DNA of 32,000 nucleotides from Trichodesmium erythraeum IMS101 (GTDB taxonomy: Bacteria > Cyanobacteriota > Cyanobacteriia > Cyanobacteriales > Microcoleaceae). Shown here piece after piece: positions 18,716 through 27,632 of this stretch. The notes beneath the pieces were generated by a model, which did no database searches, was not told where the DNA came from, and saw only the letters and a list, made by a program, of their open reading frames with translations. The position numbers were made by a program, and so were the translations under genes. Each line of letters opens with the position of its first letter. Position 1 is the stretch's first letter. The stretch spans positions 5,460,001 to 5,492,000 of the forward strand of contig NC_008312.1 in NCBI RefSeq assembly GCF_000014265.1, written 5' to 3'.

Positions 18716-19318
18716 CTATTGAATAAATGAAGCAGTCTGACCAAACTCTCCGGTAAATACAAAAGAACTGATTTGTTTACGACTGCGGGGAGAAAGTTCT
18801 CTCTCCCGTAAAGACTCAGGCAAAATTTCAGGTTCTCCTGGATAGCCAATAGCTATAGCTGCTACTGGTTCATATTGTTCTGATATTTTATATAATTCAC
18901 GTGCTTTATCAATATCAAAACCTCCCATTTGATGAACTCTTAAACCCATTTCTGTTGCTTGAAAAGTTAAGCATGCTACTGCTAAACCCACATCGTGAAA
19001 AGCGTGTCTATTAGGTTTATTATTGCTCTCAAAAAAAAGTCTAGCAACAGATATCATTAACACAGGAGCAAGAGTTGCCCAAGGTTGATTTCCGTCTACT
19101 AAACAATTAAAAAGACGCTCATATTCAACAGGATTTTCTTTGGTCGCAACTATGAAATTCCAAGGTTGTTCATTGAAACAAGAAGGAGACCATCTGGCTG
19201 CTTCTAGAAGTGAAAGTAATACTTCTGATGAAACCATTTTATCAGCAAAAGCTAAAGAACTCCAACGTTTTTTTAGTAACTCGTTAATTGGATATTGATT
19301 ATCTGTAGGTTTTTCCAT
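18716..19318 (-). CDS. Nitroreductase-family (FMN-dependent) protein
   Basis: LLKKRWSSLAF......EVLLSLLEAARWSPSCFNEQPWNFIV is the classic nitroreductase N-terminal signature. Size is ~200 aa. Confidence 0.85.
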   Translation of the reverse strand: MEKPTDNQYPINELLKKRWSSLAFADKMVSSEVLLSLLEAARWSPSCFNEQPWNFIVATKENPVEYERLFNCLVDGNQPWATLAPVLMISVARLFFESNNKPNRHAFHDVGLAVACLTFQATEMGLRVHQMGGFDIDKARELYKISEQYEPVAAIAIGYPGEPEILPESLRERELSPRSRKQISSFVFTGEFGQTASFIQ

Positions 19319-19412
19319 TTCTTGAATTTTTGAGTAATTTTTTAAAGTCTATATAAATCTTATTTTAATTGTGAGATATTATAGATATTTAATTTTTCCA
19401 AAAAATATAATA

Positions 19413-20288
19413 TTATATCCCCATTTGCCGACAAATATAACTTTCAACAGATTCCATTTTCATCTCAAATATTCTCTCTAAATTATCAATTTCTTCTGAA
19501 GTACAGAAAAATTCATTTGCCAATAATACTCTTAAAGTACCCAAAGTTTTTTGCAGTTCAGGATTAAATAATCCCAGAGTATTTCGTAATCCATCGAATA
19601 TAAATAATGGCGGATTAATAAGTATAGGTTCCCGATTAAAAACACTACTAAATATCTGAGCAATTTCTCCTCTAGAAATAATTGCTGGTCCACCTACAGG
19701 GAAAGTTTGATTACAAGCAGCTTGTACAGAAACAGAATCCACTGCAATTTTTGCCAAGTCATCTGTACTAACTATTGAAGTACGATTTTTAGAGTCTCCA
19801 ATAAGTAGATAAACTCCTGTATCTCGAAATCTTTCTGCCAATGGTAATAGATTAGAAGCAAAACCAGAAGGTTGCAAAATAGTATAGTTCAATCCACTAG
19901 CTTTGAGATATTTTTCTACTTCTTTTTTAGCTTTAAAAGTTGGTGAATCTTCATATCCACGATTTGCTCCTAATACAGAAATAAAGACAAAGTGTTTAAC
20001 GCCAAATTTCACCGCACAATCTATTAGTTCAATATTAGCTCGATAGTCAACTGCTTGAACGTCACTTGCACCACCATGGGCACTAATAATATATTCAACT
20101 CCTTGACAGGCTTTGTAAATATCTTTGTCTATTTTTAAGTCGCCTATAAAGATTTCAGATCCACAATTTTCTAATTCAGAATAGGTAGAATTTAGTCTCA
20201 CAAAGCCGCGGACTGACATTTCCTTTTGTGTCAATATACTAATAATTCTGCGACCTAATCCTCCGGTTGCTCCTGTTACTAAAAACAT
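19413..20288 (-). CDS. NAD(P)-binding NmrA-like/atypical SDR protein (Ycf39-like)
   Basis: N-terminal Rossmann motif MFLVTGATGGLGRR, FVFISVLG, and a ~290-aa length typical of NmrA/Ycf39-like proteins. Confidence 0.8.
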   Translation of the reverse strand: MFLVTGATGGLGRRIISILTQKEMSVRGFVRLNSTYSELENCGSEIFIGDLKIDKDIYKACQGVEYIISAHGGASDVQAVDYRANIELIDCAVKFGVKHFVFISVLGANRGYEDSPTFKAKKEVEKYLKASGLNYTILQPSGFASNLLPLAERFRDTGVYLLIGDSKNRTSIVSTDDLAKIAVDSVSVQAACNQTFPVGGPAIISRGEIAQIFSSVFNREPILINPPLFIFDGLRNTLGLFNPELQKTLGTLRVLLANEFFCTSEEIDNLERIFEMKMESVESYICRQMGI

Positions 20289-20445
20289 AATTAATTTTGG
20301 TTAGCTATTAAATAGAATAGTTCAATCGAAAAGTTTACTGAAAAATTGGGTTTAAAGCCTCACTTTTCTAGAGGGACTTTTTAGTTAATTTTTCCCATAA
20401 ATGATAGCATTATTTAATGTAGTAATAATATATTAGTTACTCCTT

Positions 20446-20604
20446 GGGAGAAGCTTTGCTTTTCATCTAGGGAAGCTAAACTGAGACAACAAAGGGAGAT
20501 GGAGGTAAGCTTAACCCACCCCCAGCAGGGATGGGCGCAGCAACTTTTGAAATGCTTACATCGGAGCTAGGGCTCAGTTGTTTCTCTGAGCTTAACAGCT
20601 GGGG
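20446..20604. ncRNA. GC-enriched intergenic island with nested helices; candidate structured RNA of unknown class
   Basis: Potential helices: 20446-20456 with 20507-20517, 20460-20468 with 20497-20505 (needs G-U pairs on the + strand), 20520-20526 (ccccagc) with 20598-20604 (gctgggg), and hairpin 20572-20577 with 20586-20591. All frames carry stops. I recognised no match to RNase P, tmRNA, SRP or common riboswitch cores. Confidence 0.2.
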
Positions 20605-20707
20605 AGGATGTCAACAAATTAAAAACTTACCATAACAGGAATGCTATCTAAATAGTGAGATATTGAGGCTGCTTTTTCCTATAGTTACTATAACTACTAG
20701 ATTATTG

Positions 20708-20739
20708 CTTCCTTCTTCCTTCTTCCTTCTTCCTTCTTC
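20708..20739. repeat. Heptanucleotide tandem repeat (CTTCCTT) x4.6, STRR-like
   Basis: cttcctt occurs at 20708, 20715, 20722 and 20729, with a partial unit at 20736. It lies 7 nt beyond the xthA stop codon. Confidence 0.9.
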
Positions 20740-20745
20740 ATTTTT

Positions 20746-21531
20746 TCAAAATTCTACAATAACTGGTGCATGGTCACTAGGTTTTAGTAACTCTCTTGGA
20801 TTCTTATCTATTACACACATTGTTGCTTTTTGAGAAAGGGGTAAACTAAGATAATGATGGTCAATACGCCAACCACGATTACGGCGAAAACCTGCTGCTC
20901 TATAATCCCACCAACTGTAATGACCTCCTTCGGTGGTAAATTGGCGAAAGGCATCGACTAATCCTAATTTGAGAATTTCTTGTAAAGCTTGGCGTTCGAG
21001 ATCAGATAATCCTACAGAATTTTTACAACCTTCTGGGTCGTAAATATCCCGGTCTTCTGGGACAATATTAAAATCTCCACAAATACATAAATTAGGCGAT
21101 TTGTCAAGAATTATTTTTACATATTCTTGCAACAATTTTAACCAATCAAGTTTGTAATCATATTTTTCACTACCGACACTAGAACCATTGGGAACATAAA
21201 GATTAAGAATACGAACATCATTTATTACCCCAGTAATTAACCGTTTCTGTATGTCAAAATCTCCTACTTTATGATCACCTAAAATAGGTGCAAAACCACT
21301 ACTAATATCTTCCATTGGGGAACGACTAAAAATTGCCACGCCATTGTAAGATTTCTGACCAGAAACATAAATATGGTAGCCTAATTCTGCAAAAGGCGAT
21401 CGCGGAAAATCTTGGTCAATAACCTTAGTTTCTTGCAAACAGAGAATGTCAACAGAGTTTGCTTTTAGCCATTCTATCACTTGTTGTTTACGAGTGCGAA
21501 TTGAATTTACATTCCAAGTAGCTATTTTCAT
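20746..21531 (-). CDS. xthA: Exodeoxyribonuclease III (AP endonuclease)
   Basis: MKIATWNVNSIRTR, ILCLQETKV, GDFNIVPEDRDIYDP, WWDYRAAGFRRNRGWRIDH and PSDHAPV are canonical ExoIII/EEP motifs. Confidence 0.93.
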   Translation of the reverse strand: MKIATWNVNSIRTRKQQVIEWLKANSVDILCLQETKVIDQDFPRSPFAELGYHIYVSGQKSYNGVAIFSRSPMEDISSGFAPILGDHKVGDFDIQKRLITGVINDVRILNLYVPNGSSVGSEKYDYKLDWLKLLQEYVKIILDKSPNLCICGDFNIVPEDRDIYDPEGCKNSVGLSDLERQALQEILKLGLVDAFRQFTTEGGHYSWWDYRAAGFRRNRGWRIDHHYLSLPLSQKATMCVIDKNPRELLKPSDHAPVIVEF

Positions 21532-22055
21532 TATGGTTTGTATTAGAAGTCACAAGAGTAATAGTAGTGATAATTTTCTGTGATTACAAGTGATTAACTG
21601 TTGGTGAGTTTCTTGAGAAAGTTGTCTAAGTTATTTATCCCTGCTGAAGTTTTTTTGTAGCCAACAATATAAGTGGTAGACTGACATATAGTAATTTTTG
21701 TTCAATAAGTTGTAAAGTTTTATTATCAGTATATCTAAAATATTACAATAGTAGGGAATTTAGCAGTCGTATATAAGTAGTGATTTTTGGAATTAGGCTC
21801 CTGAGAGTGAAAAGGTATATATTGTAAATATCACTACATCTACAGGACTACCGGGAATTTAAGAAACCGGGTTTGTATTAGATGATTTATGATGCTTATG
21901 TATCTCTCACAAACCAGGTTTCTAACAATATTCGGAAACAAGTGGGCTTGATATGACTATTGATCTTTCAAGTTTTAATTCCCTCTCAATTTCTCAACAA
22001 CTTTTCCCTTTTCTATTTCTCCATAGCTGATGGCTAATAGCTGATAGCTGAGTGC

Positions 22056-22604
22056 TTACTTCAAGTCTAACAAACCAGTTGCTTTCAGTTTAGGATTAAA
22101 ACGAATATTTTCTTGTAAACCTCTAGTTTTTAATACCTCTAAAATATTAGTTTCTACTCGCCTAGCTATGTTTTTTAGCAGTTTTTCTTTAGCTACTTCA
22201 TCAATTAATGGATCTTGATATTGTACTCTTTCTGCTTCAGTCATTTCTTGTTTAGTATCTATGGGTTGATTCCATTTTGCTTCTGCTGTACCATTGCCTA
22301 TAGGTAGGGAGCCATTTTCATTAATCCAAGCTGCTTTTATACCTTCTAATATAGTACGATTTGGGCGTTCAATAGTTTGTACTTTTAGCCAATAGCAACT
22401 ATTAGGTTGACGGACTAAATGTAGTTTAAGACTCTGATATACATCACGAGAATAGCCTACAAATAGTAGCTTTTTTTCCTGGTCAAAAATTCCATAAACA
22501 CCTATTTTTCCTTGTAAAGAAAATGGTAATTTTCCGGCGGAATCAACATAAGGTAAATATTCTAATTTGGATAATTCTGGTATTTGTATTTCGGTGTTAG
22601 TCAT
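22056..22604 (-). CDS. GIY-YIG nuclease-superfamily protein (conserved cyanobacterial type)
   Basis: KIGVYGIFDQEKKLLFVGYSRDVYQSLKLHL fits the GIY-(10-11 aa)-YIG motif with the following helix. The rest has no motif I recognise. Confidence 0.6.
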   Translation of the reverse strand: MTNTEIQIPELSKLEYLPYVDSAGKLPFSLQGKIGVYGIFDQEKKLLFVGYSRDVYQSLKLHLVRQPNSCYWLKVQTIERPNRTILEGIKAAWINENGSLPIGNGTAEAKWNQPIDTKQEMTEAERVQYQDPLIDEVAKEKLLKNIARRVETNILEVLKTRGLQENIRFNPKLKATGLLDLK

Positions 22605-23038
22605 TTCAGTTATGAGTTATAAATTATGAGTCATAAATTATGATTTATCAGTTATCAATACCTCCCACTAAAGTTAATTTTTATTTTCTATATTTATGTA
22701 ATACCGTATTCTTTGTTGAGATAGTCTTGTTGGTTCCTATCACATTAAAAATATCTTTAGCTTATATTACTATAAGACTACAAAAAGCGTGAGAAAATTA
22801 ATATAATTGAAATCTTTTGTAGCCAATAGTTTTGAGTTGGGCTGATAGCTGTTGGTGGAGTATTTTGGCATAGAAATGTTTAAATGTATATTTGTTTGAT
22901 TTAGCTTAAATACTTTGAGTAAATATGAATAATTGTTAAGGCATGATTTTATTGGACAAATTATGATATTATCTTGAGATAAAAAATGTAGTATCTATTA
23001 TTAAACTAAATATATATCATGGGTATTTAGCTATATTT

Positions 23039-23656
23039 ATGGAAAATAAGGAAACATTATCAAGAACGTTAAATAATTCTAAAAGTCAACTTAAGTGGCT
23101 AGAAATAGCAGAATATAGTGCTTTAGGCACTTCAATTTTGACGTTATTTTTTGAACAAATTTTGTTTGCTGCAACTTCAATAATATTAGCATTATTTTTA
23201 AATAGAATTAATCGAAAAATATTTGAAGAAAAAATCCAAAAACAGATTGATAATGAAATAGAAGAATTAACAATAGATATAAGCTCAGTTTTTCAGAATT
23301 TAGACTCACGACCAAACAAAAATACTGAACAAACACCAGAAGTATCTATCAATTCATATCAAAATCAATCAAACTTTGAATACAGTACAATTACAAAAGA
23401 AGATTGGGAAGGAATAAATATTAAATTTTCAGAGATTGAAGAAGAACTACAATCATTAAAAGATTTAGCTACAGACTTACAGCAAAATTTAGGATATAAC
23501 TTAGAATTAACAAAAAATACATCAATGGCAAATGAAATAGAGGAATTAAAAGCACAAATCACCAAGTTACAAGAACTAAATAGGGATATTGTTAGACCAT
23601 ATTTTATTCGTCTAATTCGTGCTGTTAAGCAATTACAGAATACCGGAAAATATTAA
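23039..23656 (+). CDS. Hypothetical membrane-anchored coiled-coil protein
   Basis: 205-aa ORF with a hydrophobic stretch (ALGTSILTLFFEQILFAATSIILALFL) followed by heptad-like E/K/L/Q-rich sequence. No family assignment. Confidence 0.55.
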   Translation: MENKETLSRTLNNSKSQLKWLEIAEYSALGTSILTLFFEQILFAATSIILALFLNRINRKIFEEKIQKQIDNEIEELTIDISSVFQNLDSRPNKNTEQTPEVSINSYQNQSNFEYSTITKEDWEGINIKFSEIEEELQSLKDLATDLQQNLGYNLELTKNTSMANEIEELKAQITKLQELNRDIVRPYFIRLIRAVKQLQNTGKY

Positions 23657-23723
23657 AGTAGAATTACTTTTAACAAAGTAATGACTCAAGAGGCTAACAT
23701 ACAACATATAACATATAACAAAA

Positions 23724-24596
23724 ATGACTATTCTTCAAGTTTCTTTAATAGGATTAGCAGCTATTTATATATCTGGTTTTATGTTGCTAAGATTACTACA
23801 AAACCGATTGATATTTGAACCTAAATCATTGTTGTTAGGGACTCCTGCTACTTTTAATCTTCCTTATGAGGAAGTTTTGCTATCAGTTGCAACTTCTAAA
23901 AATCAGACAGAAAAAATATTTGGTTGGTGGATTCCCAAAACAGAACCCACTGCTAAAGTTATTCTATTCTTACATGGGGCTAGTGGTAACATGGCAGCTC
24001 AAGAAAAAAGTTGCAATCTTGAGCGTGTAGTAAAACTATATCAGTTAGGATTTTCGGTATTTATGATTGATTACCGGGGATACGGTAATAGTACAGGCAG
24101 ATTTCCAACCGAAGCGACAGTTTATGAAGATGCTTCAATAGCTTGGAATTATTTAACTCAAGAAAAAGGGTTTTCACCAAAAGAAATTTTTATTTATGGA
24201 TATTCTCTTGGAGGAGCGATCGCTGTTAATCTCTGCCTACAACAACCAAAAGCAGCAGGACTAATAGCTGAAAGTTGTTTCACTTGTATCAAAGACATGG
24301 CTAAACACAGATATAAAATCCAGATATTTCCCCTGAAATTACTGATCACTCAAAAATTTGACTTCATTAACAAAGTAAAATCAATAAAAGTACCAGTCTT
24401 ATTTATTCATGGTATGAAAGATCAAGTTATACCTATAACGATGAGTGAAAGATTATTTGCTGCTGCACCGGAGCCGAAAAAACTGCTGTTAATGCCAAAT
24501 GCAGGACATAATAATTTGGCTCAGGTAGATAGCGATCGCTATCTAAAAGCATTGCAGGAATTCTTTACTAATCACTTAATAAAATATAGAGTATGA
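23724..24596 (+). CDS. Alpha/beta hydrolase (ABHD13/BEM46-like serine hydrolase) with an N-terminal membrane anchor
   Basis: LFLHGASGN, nucleophile elbow GYSLGG, FIHGMKDQVIP and GHNN form a Ser-Asp-His triad layout. Confidence 0.85.
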   Translation: MTILQVSLIGLAAIYISGFMLLRLLQNRLIFEPKSLLLGTPATFNLPYEEVLLSVATSKNQTEKIFGWWIPKTEPTAKVILFLHGASGNMAAQEKSCNLERVVKLYQLGFSVFMIDYRGYGNSTGRFPTEATVYEDASIAWNYLTQEKGFSPKEIFIYGYSLGGAIAVNLCLQQPKAAGLIAESCFTCIKDMAKHRYKIQIFPLKLLITQKFDFINKVKSIKVPVLFIHGMKDQVIPITMSERLFAAAPEPKKLLLMPNAGHNNLAQVDSDRYLKALQEFFTNHLIKYRV

Positions 24597-27043
24597 ATCA
24601 ACAAAATCCTATCCCTAACATTCCAGCCATATCCTGGAATCGCCCCATTGGTCTTGATTGGGACAAACCTTACACAGTCCGTTATAGTAGTAATATTGAT
24701 GATGGCCCATGGCACGGAATGCCTCTGGGAGGTTTCGGTGCAGGTGCCACTGGTCGTTCCCCCCGGGGGGATTTTAATCTTTGGCATCTTGACGGTGGGG
24801 AGCACATTTATCAAAATCTGCCCGCCTGTCAATTTAGCGTTTTTGAAGAAACAAAAGGACAGAAACAAGCTTATGCTTTATCTACCGAATTACCCACTGA
24901 TGGTAGTCTATCTGCTTGGCAGTGGTATCCTCGGGAAAAAGCCGGGCTCAAGACTGGCACTTATCACGCTCTTTACCCCCGCAGCTGGTTTGTTTATGAG
25001 AATGTATTTACTGCACAATTAAGTTGTGAACAATTTTCCCCAATTTTGGCAGGTAACTATCAAGAAACCAGTTATCCGATCGCTATATTTGAATGGACTG
25101 CCCATAATCCCACAGATGAAGCAATTACACTTAGCATAATGCTAAGTTGGCAAAATACTGTTGGTTGGTTTACCAATTCTGTGAAAACACCAGAAGTGAG
25201 AGTGCGAGATGATGGTAGCCCAGTTTATGAATACAAACCTCGGTGGGGAGAGAGTACAGACAACTTTAACTTATTAGTAGAAGATTTTCACCGTATTGGT
25301 TGCACTATGACCAAATTAAGTATTGCCGACGAACCTGCAGAAGGAGAGGGGCAAATGGCGATCGCGACTTTTATCAATGCCGGCATGGAAGTTTTCTATC
25401 ATACAAGGTGGAACCCTACTGGTACTGGGGAGGATATCTGGCATTACTTTGCTCTAGATGGCTCTCTCATAGATGAAGAAAACGAACTACCAGCAACTGA
25501 GGGAGAACAAATTGGTGTGGCTATATCAGTTCGTTTTACTATCAGACCAGGGAAAAACAGGAAAATTCCTTTTTTTTTAGTTTGGGATTTACCTGTGACT
25601 GACTTTGGTAATGGGGTTTCATATTACCGCCGTTATACAGATTTTTATGGTCGCAATGGCAAAAATGCCTGGTCGATGATTCGTACTGCCATGAAGCATT
25701 ATCAAACTTGGCGGGAAAATATTGAAGCTTGGCAAAATCCGATTTTGCAACGGGAAGATTTGCCTAATTGGTTGAAAATGGCTTTGTTGAATGAACTTTA
25801 TGACCTCACCAGTGGTGGAACTATTTGGGCGGCTGCTAGCGATAGCGCTCCTTACGGTCAGTTTGCTGTTCTGGAATGTCTTGATTATCGTTGGTATGAG
25901 AGTTTGGATGTTAGGTTGTATGGTTCTTTTGGGTTGTTAATATTGTGGCCAGAGTTGGAAAAGTCTGTTTTAGTTGCGTTTGCGCGAGCAGTTTCGACAG
26001 CGGATGATACACTGAGAATTATTGGTTACAATCAAGTGTCGGCAGTGAGAAAGGTTGCTGGAGCTACTCCCCATGACTTGGGTGCACCGAATGAGCATCC
26101 CTGGGAAATGACAAATTATACCAGTTATCAGGATTGTAATCAATGGAAGGATTTATCTAGTGATTTTGTATTGCAGGTATATCGAGATTTTTTGTTGACT
26201 GGTGCAGATGATTATGAGTTTCTCTGGCAGTCTTGGTCTGCTATTACGGAAACTCTAGCATATCTTAAGGGTTTTGACAAAGATAATGATGGCATTCCTG
26301 AAAATGAGGGAGCGCCTGACCAAACTTTTGATGATTGGCAGTTGCGGGGTGTGAGTGCATATTGTGGTGGACTATGGCTGGCTGCACTTGAGGCAGCGAT
26401 CGCTATTGGGAAAGTTTTAATTGAGCATCCTAGGGAAATTCCTTATTACCCGCCTAAGGGTTTCTATTCTGAGGTTGATAAAAATTCTGTAGATGCAATT
26501 AATAATCAGGTTTATTTGTATCAAGGTTGGTTAAAAAAAGGATTGCCTATTTATCAAGAAAAGTTATGGAATGGGGAATATTATCGTTTGGATAGTGAGA
26601 GTAATTCGGAAGTAGTAATGGCTGATCAATTATCGGGTCAATTTTATGCCAAGCTGTTAAATTTGGAGGATATTGTCCCTGCTGAATGTGCTTTGTCTGC
26701 TTTAAAAACTGTCTATAATTCTTGTTTTAAAAACTTTCATAATGGCAAGTTTGGTGCGGCAAATGGGGTGTTACCTGATGGTTCTCCAGAGAATCCTAAT
26801 GCTACTCATCCTTTAGAGGTTTGGACAGGAATTAATTTTGGTTTAGCGGCTTTTATGGTGCAAATTGGTATGAAAAAAGAAGCTCTGGAAATAACTGAGG
26901 TAGTTGTGGGACAAATTTATGAAAATGGTTTACAATTCCGCACTCCAGAAGCTATTACAGTAATGGGTACTTTTAGAGCTAGTCATTATTTAAGGGCAAT
27001 GGCAATTTGGGCAATTTATTTAGTCATAGAAGCAAAAAGGTGA
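24593..27043 (+). CDS. GH116-family beta-glucosidase (GBA2-type non-lysosomal glucosylceramidase / bile-acid beta-glucosidase homologue)
   Basis: N-terminal GMPLGGFGAGATGRSPRGDFNLWHL and YHALYPRSWF, then a C-terminal (alpha/alpha)6-type region with TPHDLGAP and DQTFDDW...GVSAYCGGLWLAAL. Length is ~816 aa. Confidence 0.85.
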   Translation: MNQQNPIPNIPAISWNRPIGLDWDKPYTVRYSSNIDDGPWHGMPLGGFGAGATGRSPRGDFNLWHLDGGEHIYQNLPACQFSVFEETKGQKQAYALSTELPTDGSLSAWQWYPREKAGLKTGTYHALYPRSWFVYENVFTAQLSCEQFSPILAGNYQETSYPIAIFEWTAHNPTDEAITLSIMLSWQNTVGWFTNSVKTPEVRVRDDGSPVYEYKPRWGESTDNFNLLVEDFHRIGCTMTKLSIADEPAEGEGQMAIATFINAGMEVFYHTRWNPTGTGEDIWHYFALDGSLIDEENELPATEGEQIGVAISVRFTIRPGKNRKIPFFLVWDLPVTDFGNGVSYYRRYTDFYGRNGKNAWSMIRTAMKHYQTWRENIEAWQNPILQREDLPNWLKMALLNELYDLTSGGTIWAAASDSAPYGQFAVLECLDYRWYESLDVRLYGSFGLLILWPELEKSVLVAFARAVSTADDTLRIIGYNQVSAVRKVAGATPHDLGAPNEHPWEMTNYTSYQDCNQWKDLSSDFVLQVYRDFLLTGADDYEFLWQSWSAITETLAYLKGFDKDNDGIPENEGAPDQTFDDWQLRGVSAYCGGLWLAALEAAIAIGKVLIEHPREIPYYPPKGFYSEVDKNSVDAINNQVYLYQGWLKKGLPIYQEKLWNGEYYRLDSESNSEVVMADQLSGQFYAKLLNLEDIVPAECALSALKTVYNSCFKNFHNGKFGAANGVLPDGSPENPNATHPLEVWTGINFGLAAFMVQIGMKKEALEITEVVVGQIYENGLQFRTPEAITVMGTFRASHYLRAMAIWAIYLVIEAKR

Positions 27044-27632
27044 ATTTAAAGTCAAAAGTCAAATTTTTCCCTTACCTAGTTATCTCTGATTAGGAGATTC
27101 TAAAACCATTTTCTGATAGGGAGATGGGGGGGTGGGGGAAGAGCGATCGCTCTTTTGATATCTGGTATAAAAAAAACGGATAAGGTTAAGTAAATATGTC
27201 TAAGTATCTATAACCTCAATAAGTACTAATTATCCCATTATGACCATCAATAAAATCTTTTAGAACGCAAAAACGTGGCATTTCTGTGGGGGTAATTAAT
27301 CAAGGTTTTTACTTATGTTTCGGAATCTTTCTATAATATTGCCTAATTTTACCAACTAAATTTGCTCGCTACTTTATAATTAGATAGCTAGAATAAGAAT
27401 GAAAAAGCTCTATATATATAGGGGGGTTAGGGGAGGGTTTAAGTTCCTCTAAAAAGTGGGGTAATTGGCGGAGGCTGAGGGGGATGAATTTCTGTGAAAC
27501 GTACAATAAATTATAGATTATGACTGATAGCTGAACACTAAATGCTTACTATCTAACTACTAAATATATATGGCAAAAATACTTGATATTTAGTATTAAT
27601 TTTTCATTCTTACTTATTCCTTTAAAAATGAA

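Noticed and set aside
21651-22833. 12-bp direct repeat ttttgtagccaa flanking the GIY-YIG gene (about 21651 and 22815), as a possible mobile cassette boundary
   Set aside because: A rough estimate gives many chance 12-mer matches in 32 kb of AT-rich DNA. No further flanking similarity or target duplication supports mobility.
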